DNA from: an uncultured delta proteobacterium
GTDB taxonomy: Bacteria; Desulfobacterota; Binatia; Binatales; Binataceae
Assembly: GCA_963755905.1 (NCBI GenBank)
Contig: CAVWLM010000002.1
Coordinates: forward strand, 160,754-224,753
Length of the DNA stretch: 64,000 nt
Reading direction: 5' to 3'
Positions 37,382-45,527 of this stretch are shown one piece after another (the stretch's first letter is position 1; each line of letters opens with the position of its first letter). The notes beneath the pieces were generated by a model. It saw nothing but the letters and a program-made list of their open reading frames with translations, searched no databases and was not told where the DNA came from. A program made the translations under genes and the position numbers.

Positions 37382-38470
37382 ATGATTTACGAGGGACGAA
37401 TTCCATCGTTGGACGGTCTGCGTGGTATAGCCGCGATAGCGGTGGTTGGCTTCCATTACAACATCTTCTTTCTACCGCAGGCTCGGCTGCCGTTTGTCGG
37501 TCGGGGATATCTCGCAGTCGATTTCTTCTTCCTGCTCAGCGGCTTCGTGTTGGCACACGTCTATGGACGTGAGCTTGCGTCCGATTGGCGGTCGCATTGG
37601 CAAAAATTCGCGATGGCGCGTTTTGCCCGCATCTACCCCCTATTCGCCCTTACAACGATAGTTATGGCGACGATTCACCTGTCCGGCGCACCGCTAAGGC
37701 TGGTTTTGTTTTCCGGCCGGTCGCTGATGCTTCAACCATTTCTACTGCAACAATGGTCTGGCCTAAGTTGGAACTACCCATCCTGGTCAATCAGCACCGA
37801 AGCCGAAGCCTACGTCTTTTTCGTCATCTTTGCCGGCCTGCTCGTCAAGGGAAAACATCCAGGCCTGATCGGTGTATGCTGTGTCGTCATTTTGACTACG
37901 CTTTGCATCACTAAGGACGGAGATCTGAATCTCTACAGCGGAATTCCCGCTCTGCTCCGCACACTAGTCGAATTTTCGTTTGGGGTTCTTCTTTATCGCG
38001 CCCATTCGAACTACAAGGGATTCGCGGCCGGATGGGTAGGAATTCTCGCTATTCTGTTCTTCGGCTTGGCAATGAAAACGAAACTGGATTTCTTAGCCTT
38101 GGGTGCGTTTGCCAGTCTCATTTACTATAGCGTCAACGCGACCGACGGGTTTGCAAGGCTGCTAAACTCTCGTCCCTCAGTGGCCCTCGGCAACTGGTCG
38201 TATTCAATTTATCTTTGGCACGCGCCAATCCAATACGCTGTCATGGTCGTATTTGCCGCCAGTGGCTATCCGGTTAGCAATCTCAACGTTTCAAGTGCAA
38301 GATTGTTGGCATTGGCGACGATTTTGGTTGTTGTGCGGCTGTCGGCTTACAGCTACCGATCCTTTGAGGCTCCAGCACGTCGCTTTTTAACGCAATCGCT
38401 AACGAGAACCTCGTCCGGAGTGCTGACGCCGATGCAAACCGATCAGATGAACCGCTACCCGCTTCGATAA
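37382..38470 (+). CDS. Acyltransferase family 3 (OafA/YrhL-like O-acyltransferase)
   Basis: LDGLRGIAAIAVVGFH...LAVDFFFLLSGFVL is the AT3 signature; about 10 TM helices. Confidence 0.8.
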   Translation: MIYEGRIPSLDGLRGIAAIAVVGFHYNIFFLPQARLPFVGRGYLAVDFFFLLSGFVLAHVYGRELASDWRSHWQKFAMARFARIYPLFALTTIVMATIHLSGAPLRLVLFSGRSLMLQPFLLQQWSGLSWNYPSWSISTEAEAYVFFVIFAGLLVKGKHPGLIGVCCVVILTTLCITKDGDLNLYSGIPALLRTLVEFSFGVLLYRAHSNYKGFAAGWVGILAILFFGLAMKTKLDFLALGAFASLIYYSVNATDGFARLLNSRPSVALGNWSYSIYLWHAPIQYAVMVVFAASGYPVSNLNVSSARLLALATILVVVRLSAYSYRSFEAPARRFLTQSLTRTSSGVLTPMQTDQMNRYPLR

Positions 38471-38539
38471 CGGCCTAAGCGGGCCATGATGTAACTTCGA
38501 CCATCGACGACGAGAGCAAGGAGGGTCCAGGAATGAAGA

Positions 38540-39399
38540 TTACGACGGTTGGTGGCGGCGCCATGGCGAACCCGGCTTTGACCGCGGTATTGGGACGCTT
38601 GCCAACTATCATCGATGCTAACGAGACGCTGCCGATCTTGCCCACGACGACCACCGTGGTGAGCGCCGCCAGCGCCAGCCAGTGCTTTCCCAGCAGTTAC
38701 GGATCGACGAGCATCCCGACCGAGACGAAAAAGATCGCGGCGAAAATGTCGCGCACCGGCTCGATCAAGTGCTCAACTTGCACTCCCTGTCCCGACTCGG
38801 CAACCAGCGAGCCGGCCAGAAATGCGCCGAGCGCGACCGTGTTAGCCCGCCCGTTCGGCGATCGTCGCGAAGGCGAAGCACAGCCCCAGGCTCGCAATCA
38901 AGAGCGCTTCCGGCCGATTGAACCGCGCGATCCCACGCACCACGAAAGGGACGGTGATCAATCCGACCGCAATCAGCACAACTACAAATGAACTCAGGAG
39001 GCCCGCGGTGATCGAGAACGCGTGAAGCGACTCTCTAGTCCCGTTAGACATAGTAATCAGCACCGCCAGCAGTAAGATCGCGACCACGTCCTCGCACAGC
39101 ACTATGCCGAAGACCAGCTCGCGCACGCTGGGGTCCACCTTCACCTCTTCGAAGGCCTTGGCCACGATGACGGCCCCGGAAATCGAGACCATCGCGCCAG
39201 TCAACAGGCTTTCCCACGGGGTCCAGCCCATCAGGCGCCCCACCAGATGGCCGAGCCAGACCATCGAAACGACCTGAACCACGGCGACCAATCCGGCGGT
39301 GGGAGCAAGGCGTATCAGCCGACTAAACCTGAACTCCAGGCCGATCGCGAAAACCAGCAGGATGACACCAAGATCCGAGACGAGCTGGACCCGTTCCAT
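38540..39399 (-). pseudogene. Decayed cation:proton antiporter (CPA2/Kef-type) remnant
   Basis: Kef-like TM segments (LVFAIGLEF..., AAIFFVSVGMLVDP | LLGKHWLALAAL...) are spread across three reading frames. The gene is truncated at both ends. Confidence 0.55.
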
Positions 39400-39439
39400 G
39401 TTGGCGTACACCCCGGGCACATGTGGCCCGACCACAATC

Positions 39440-39600
39440 CCGCATGGCCTACGGTATTCGTTCGCGTCTGCCCTGATCGCAGCAGGCAGGCGGGTCACCG
39501 AAGTGCAATCCATCCTCGGACATAGCTCTCCCGCAATCACGCCTGGGGGTTTATGCGCACTGGTTCCGAGCCACCAAACCACCGCGATGGATACCGTCGT
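39440..39600 (+). pseudogene. Tyrosine-recombinase (phage-type integrase) C-terminal remnant
   Basis: LRYSFASALIAAGRRVTEVQSILGHSSPAIT matches the integrase box II region. The catalytic Tyr context is degenerate and there is no intact upstream domain. Confidence 0.45.
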
Positions 39601-39735
39601 CCGGTCTCTTCTTTTCCCGGATTCGGCACGGAGGCAAAAAGTGGGCACTAGAACGACGACACCGGCCAACGTTCAACCTCCTAGCCGACTGCGCGCATCT
39701 CATAAACTTGCGAAATGACTGCGGAATTTTCAAGT

Positions 39736-39816
39736 TGCGAGAGGGGGGACTTGAACCCCCACGCCTTGCGGCACCGGATCCTAAGTCCGGCGCGTCTGCC
39801 ATTCCGCCACTCTCGC
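39736..39816 (-). tRNA. tRNA-Leu (anticodon UAG)
   Basis: Cloverleaf folded by hand: GCGAGAG acceptor, anticodon loop CTTAGGA, long variable arm, GGGGG-TTCAAGT-CCCCC T-arm. Closely resembles E. coli tRNA-Leu. Confidence 0.85.
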
Positions 39817-39857
39817 GCAGATGAGAACTTATTGTAGATCTCCGCTGGTATCGATAC

Positions 39858-41390
39858 CTAGTTCGAGACAGCTTTGAATAGTACGGCAAGGTCATGCCGT
39901 ACAATCTTGCCCATTGCATTTTTGGGCAACGAGGAAGTGATCCGAATCACTTTCGGAACTTTGAAGTCGGCCAGGCGTGAGCGGCAGAAGGCTTCGATCT
40001 CGTTCTCGTTGGCGGAGCTTTTGAGTACTACCGCCGCCCATACCTCCTCGCCGTACTTAGTGTCCGAGACTCCAAAGACTGCCGCCTCGGCCACCGCGGG
40101 ATGCTCCAGCAGGACAGCTTCCACTTCCTTTGGTGAAATTTTTTCTCCGCCCCGGTTGATCATCTCCTTGATGCGTCCGGTCAGGCTGAGGTAGCCGGCA
40201 TTATCAAGAACTCCGATGTCGCCGGTGCGAAACCAGCCTTCGACAAAGGCGGCGGCATTAGCTTCGGGATTATCGCGATAGCCGTGCATCACGCTGGGGC
40301 CGCGGATGACCACTTCGCCCGCAGTGTTCGCGGGAAGCTGTTTGCCTGCTTCGTCGATGGTTGCGATCTCGACCCCTGTTGCGAGTCCAACGGTCCCGGA
40401 CTTATGCGGGTGGGGCGGGAGAGGATTGGAGGCCGCCTGATGCGCCGTCTCGGTCATCCCGTATGCTTCCAGCACCGGGGCGCCAAAGCGTTTCTCGAGA
40501 TTCGCAAGAACAACGGGCGCGAGCGCCGCGGAACAGGAGCGGATGAATCGCGGGCCATGATCTGGCGCGCCGTCGCCATCCGCCCGCAACAGAAGCACCT
40601 GATGAATGGTCGGCACTGCCGTAAACCAGGTGGCATGATGCTCGCGGAAAAGCGGCCAGAAACCTGAAGCGGCAAAACGTGGTGGCACGATCAGTGTGCC
40701 TCCCGAAGCCAGCGTGGACAACGCGGCCCCAATCAGCCCGTGGCCGTGAAAGAGCGGCATGACCACCAGGCTGCGATCTTCGGGCTGCAAGGCGTAGTGG
40801 GCGGCAATAGTTGTCGCCGAGCAAGAGACGTTGCGGTGTGTAAGCGGAACGCCTTTTGGCTGCCCCGTAGTACCACTGGTGTACATCAGCAGCGCTACAT
40901 CGTCAGGCTTCGGGGCTTCGGCGTTTAACCGCGAGGAAGCCGCCAGGTTTACCAGCTCCACGACCCCGGTAGGCGCCAGACGTGGCTGCCATACCGGCAG
41001 CGACAGGGCGGCTGCCGCTTCCGCCGCCCCGGAATCACTGTTTTCGGCAACGACCGCTTTGGCTTGTCCGGCGGCAATCAGATAGCGCAATTCGGCACCT
41101 TTGTTTGCCGGGTTTATCGGCGCCGCCACCAGCCGCGCCCGCGTCAGCGCGAGAAAGATGACCAGGAACTCGACGCCGTTCGGCAGTACCATCACGACCA
41201 CATCGCCAGCCTTGAGACCGGCGCCGACGAATTGCGACGCAAGTCTCTCAATCTGATCGGCCAGTGATTTGTAGCTGACGACGAGTCCGGGAGCCGGTGC
41301 TATGATTGCGGCCGCGGAAGACTCGGGTTCCGTCAGCAACTGCTCGAGAGTCGTGCGTAACTCCATACTCGGGTCGGGTTCCTCCTTCAA
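39858..41390 (-). CDS. AMP-dependent synthetase/ligase (acyl-CoA synthetase family)
   Basis: YTSGTTGQPKGV AMP-binding motif. Ends 4 nt downstream of oxc. Confidence 0.8.
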   Translation of the reverse strand: MKEEPDPSMELRTTLEQLLTEPESSAAAIIAPAPGLVVSYKSLADQIERLASQFVGAGLKAGDVVVMVLPNGVEFLVIFLALTRARLVAAPINPANKGAELRYLIAAGQAKAVVAENSDSGAAEAAAALSLPVWQPRLAPTGVVELVNLAASSRLNAEAPKPDDVALLMYTSGTTGQPKGVPLTHRNVSCSATTIAAHYALQPEDRSLVVMPLFHGHGLIGAALSTLASGGTLIVPPRFAASGFWPLFREHHATWFTAVPTIHQVLLLRADGDGAPDHGPRFIRSCSAALAPVVLANLEKRFGAPVLEAYGMTETAHQAASNPLPPHPHKSGTVGLATGVEIATIDEAGKQLPANTAGEVVIRGPSVMHGYRDNPEANAAAFVEGWFRTGDIGVLDNAGYLSLTGRIKEMINRGGEKISPKEVEAVLLEHPAVAEAAVFGVSDTKYGEEVWAAVVLKSSANENEIEAFCRSRLADFKVPKVIRITSSLPKNAMGKIVRHDLAVLFKAVSN

Positions 41391-41394
41391 TTAC

Positions 41395-43107
41395 TCACTT
41401 CTTCGATACGACGCCGCTTTTGGGGTTGAGATTGCCGATATGGCCGCTTTCCGTGCCCACTTTCGGATCGATTACACAATTGATCAGCGCGGGTTTGCCA
41501 GAAGCCAGCGCGTCGGCGAGAGCGTTGGTGAGATTCTGCGGATTATCGACGTAATGACCAATGCCGCCAAAGGCTTCGATGAGTTTTTCGTAGTGCGCCT
41601 GCTTCATCAGGATTGTCGGCGCCGGGTCGCTGTCGCCGCCACGATTGACATCGTCGCCGCGGTAAATCCCGCCATTGTTGAAGACGATAACGACGACCGG
41701 CAGTTGATAGCGGCAAATGGTTTCGATTTCCATGCCGCTAAAGCCAAAGGCGCTGTCGCCCTCGATAGCCACTACTGGCTCACCGCTTACAACCGCTGCC
41801 CCGATCGCGTAGCCCATTCCAATACCCATTACGCCCCATGTCCCACTGTCCAGGCGCTTGCGTGGCAGCCGCATGTCGATGACATTGCGCGCGATGTCGA
41901 GGGTGTTTGCACCCTCGTTGACAAGATAGACCTCCGGCTTGTCGGCAAGCACGCCACGGATGGCGTTAAGAGCGCTGTAGAAGCCCATCGGATGAGGATT
42001 GGCCGCGAGCAGGGTTTTCATGCGCTCCTGGTTGTGCCGTTTGCGCTGCGCAAGTTCCTCCAGCCATTTAGGGTCAGGCTTGATCCGCCCGGGTTTGAGC
42101 ACCGCCAAAAGACTAGCCATGCAGGATGCGATATCTCCCACCACCGGCGCGGCTATGGGACGATTGCTATCCATTTCGGCCGGCATGATATCAATTTGAA
42201 CGAATTGCGCCGCAGATGAGAATTGGGGACTGTTGCCATGATTGAGAAGCCAGTTCAGCCGCGCGCCAATCAGCATCACAAGGTCGGCCTCGGCGAGCGC
42301 GAAAGATCGAGCGGCCGCGGCGGACTGCGAATGATCATCGGCCAGCAATCCCTTGGCCATCGACATCGGAATGAAAGGGATTCCGGTCTTCTCGATAAAC
42401 GAGCGAATGTCCGTGTCCGCCTGGGCATACGCAGCCCCCTTGCCCAGAATGATCAGCGGCCGTTTGGCCTGTCCGAGCAGGTCCAGCGCCCGCTCGATCG
42501 AATCGGACGCCGGGATCTGTCGGGGCGCCGGGTCGATGACGCGCACCAACGACCGCGCAGCGGTCTCGGCGTCGAGGGTCGCGCCTAAGACACTAGCTGG
42601 AAGATCGAGATAGACGCCGCCTGGACGTCCGGAGACCGCGGCACGGATCGCGCGCGCGACACCAATTCCGATGTCCTCGGGCCGATTGATCCGGTATGCA
42701 GCCTTCGCATACGGCTTGGCCGCGTTCATCTGATCGAGCTCTTCATAGTCGCCCTGCTGGAGATCGACGATGGCCCGATCGCTCGACCCACTTATCTGGA
42801 TCATGGGGAAGCTGTTGGTGGTGGCGTTTGCCAGCGCCACCATGCCGTTAAGAAAGCCGGGAGCGGAGACGGTCAGGCAAATACCGGGTTTCTGAGTAAG
42901 GTAGCCGGCGATCGCCGCCGCGTTTCCCGCGGATTGTTCGTGACGAAAGCCGATATAGCGAATGCCCTCGGCCTGAGCCAGCCGGGCCAGGTCCGTTATC
43001 GGGATGCCCGCCACGCCAAAGATCGTATCCAGACCGTTTAGCTTCATGGCCTCGATCACCAGATGGAAGCCATCGGTGATCGAGGGGGAGTTCGTTTCGT
43101 TCGGCAT
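41395..43107 (-). CDS. oxc: Oxalyl-CoA decarboxylase (TPP-dependent)
   Basis: Near-colinear identity blocks with Oxalobacter Oxc: [85 protein letters not shown]. Confidence 0.9.
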   Translation of the reverse strand: [570 protein letters not shown]

Positions 43108-43223
43108 GTGAATCGCCCTCGTGATTATAGGAATTTCGCCGGTATGCGCCGCCAAAGAACTATCCGAGGCCGGTCGCGAGCCCGGCCCGTGCGCGAGACG
43201 GCCGCGGAGGATTTGGTCGGCGC

Positions 43224-44476
43224 TCAGACGACCTTGTCGTTGTGCATCCTGCCGATATCCTCGGTGCTGTATCCCAGATTTCTCAGCACCTCGTCCGTAT
43301 GCTCGCCCAGCAGCGGGGCGCCAGTGATCTCCGGTTTAAAGCTGGAAAACTTGATGGGGCTGCCGACCGTCAGATAGTTGCCGCGTTCCTCCTGCTGCAC
43401 CTCAACCACCGTACCGCTCGCGCGCAGGGCAGGATCGTTGTCGATTTCCTTCATCGATAGGACGGGCCGCACGGCACGCCGAACTTACGCAGGATGCTCG
43501 ACCGCTTCAAACTTGGTCTTGTCGGCGAGCAACTTTTCGATCTCGGCGAAAATCTCGAAGATGTGGGGCTGCCGCGCGCGAGGCAGTAGCGTAGGCGGGA
43601 TCGTTCGCCCATTGCGGCTTGCCTATCGCCTCGCAGGTCGGCCCCCAATTCTGTTCCTGAATCGTGAAATAGATGTAGGCGTTCGGATCCGTTTCCCAGC
43701 CCTTGCATTTGAGTATCCAGCCTGGCTGTCCGCCGCCGCCGGCGTTCCCGCCGCGCGGTACCACGTCGGTAAATTTCCCGTTCGGATACTGCGGATACTC
43801 TTCGAGGTAGCCGACGTGGTCCAAACGTTCCTGATCGCGCAACTTGACGCGGCACAGATTCAGCACCGCGTCCTGCATCGACACGGAGACTTTCTGGCCT
43901 TTGCCGGTCTTTTCGCGGCCGATCAGCGCGGTCAGGATGCCGATCGCCAGATGCATTCCGGTGTTGCTATCGCCAAGCGCCGCCGCGCTGACCGTCGGCG
44001 GGCCGTCCCAGAATCCAGTGGTCGAGGCGGCGCCGCCGGCGCACTGCGCCACGTTTTCGTAAACCTTGAGGTCCGCGTAAGGCGAGCCCTCGCTGAAGCC
44101 CTTGATCGAGCCGAAAATGATCCGTGGGTTGAGTTCCTGAATACGTTCCCAGGTGAAGCCCATCCGGTCCATCGCACCGGGCGCGAAATTCTCGACCAGG
44201 ACGTCGGCCTCGCGAATAAGCTTCTCCATGATCGCCTTGCCTTCCGCGGTCTTGGTATTCAGGGTCAGCGACTTCTTGTTGCTGTTGAGCATCGATGAAG
44301 TACAGCGCATCCAAATTGGGGACGTCCCGCAGTTGGCGGCGCGTAACATCTCCGACACCGGGCCGTTCGACTTTCAGCACTTCGGCGCCGAACCACGCCA
44401 ACAGTTGCGTACATGCCGGCCCGGCCTGCACGCCCGTGAAGTCAATCACTTTGATTCCCGCCAATGGCAGCGCCAT
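43224..44476 (-). pseudogene. frc: Formyl-CoA:oxalate CoA-transferase, interrupted by two single-nucleotide frameshifts
   Basis: Three consecutive ORFs in different frames are colinear with Frc: [41 protein letters not shown]...[24 protein letters not shown], and [25 protein letters not shown]. The shifts map near 44297 (+1) and 43485 (-1). Confidence 0.7.
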
Positions 44477-44713
44477 GCTCGAATGCTCCTCGCAACGTGC
44501 GAAATGGAAGTACAACCCTTCGGGCCGCTGGCCCGCTGATCCTGTCAGCCCTACGTTGCGCCTTGTTGGTCAGTCAATAGTGAGTTGTACCGACAGTAGG
44601 TGCATAAAAATTGCATGAATCTGTCTGGCACGCTAGAAGCGAAGTCGGCGGGCTATCGTGGTTCCAGGCAACTTTAAGATGGGGACGCCCAGCAGAACCA
44701 TGGCTGCCGAGGA

Positions 44714-45388
44714 TTGACGACGATGCCGCGCCCTGAGTTTTTCGGAAAGCTAGGTCTGTTCGTCGTCAGCGAGTTCCTGGATCTCGCGACTTGCGGGCGG
44801 CTCCGATCGGAGATACTCGAGGCCGCTTCGCGCAAAGGGAAAATTCTCGCAAAGACGCGCGAGTTCGAGGTTGACGACTCTATTCGCCGAGTGTTGTGCT
44901 CGGACGTTCCGAAGTCCACGGAGATCCTTGTCGAAGCACGGCTGGCACAACTGAAGCCGCAACTGGAAGAGCATTTTCAAACGTCATTGACCGGTTGCGA
45001 CGGTCCTTATTTTTTTAGGTATGGACCGGAGGACTTCTACAAACCGCATCGCGACGTCGTGCCCGATTCTCCCGCCGAGGTCGAAAACCGGCGAGTCTCA
45101 GTGATCGTCTTCCTGAACGCACAAGGCGAGGATTCGTCCGCCGAAGACTGCTATGGCGGAGGCGCTTTGACTTTCTACGGTCTGATCCAGGGCGCCCAGT
45201 GGGAGAACTGTGGGTTCCCGCTCGAGGCCACGCCCGGCCTGTTGGTCGCATTTCGTCCAGGCATTCTTCACGAGGTCAGCCCAGTCGCCTACGGTCAACG
45301 GTTCACGATCGCGGCGTGGTTCACCGGCGGATCGTCCGCGGAATTTCCGCGGAATCTTCCGCCGCCGGTCCACACGGCTCCGAATTGA
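44714..45388 (+). CDS. 2OG-Fe(II) oxygenase (prolyl 4-hydroxylase-like)
   Basis: HRD...VSVIVFLN...H spacing typical of P4Hc-type dioxygenases. Confidence 0.7.
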   Translation: MTTMPRPEFFGKLGLFVVSEFLDLATCGRLRSEILEAASRKGKILAKTREFEVDDSIRRVLCSDVPKSTEILVEARLAQLKPQLEEHFQTSLTGCDGPYFFRYGPEDFYKPHRDVVPDSPAEVENRRVSVIVFLNAQGEDSSAEDCYGGGALTFYGLIQGAQWENCGFPLEATPGLLVAFRPGILHEVSPVAYGQRFTIAAWFTGGSSAEFPRNLPPPVHTAPN

Positions 45389-45527
45389 AAGTCCGTGCCC
45401 AGGTCCGCAAGCGCAGCAATCGAGCCGTGAAGGGTAAGGCTAAAACGCCGAGACAGCGAAAGCGACAATGACCCGCCCGACGACCTGTACTCGGACGTCG
45501 AACAAATAGGAATTCAGGACTGGAAAT

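Noticed and set aside
38533-38991. 152-aa plus-strand ORF
   Set aside because: Antisense to the decayed CPA antiporter remnant. Low-complexity.
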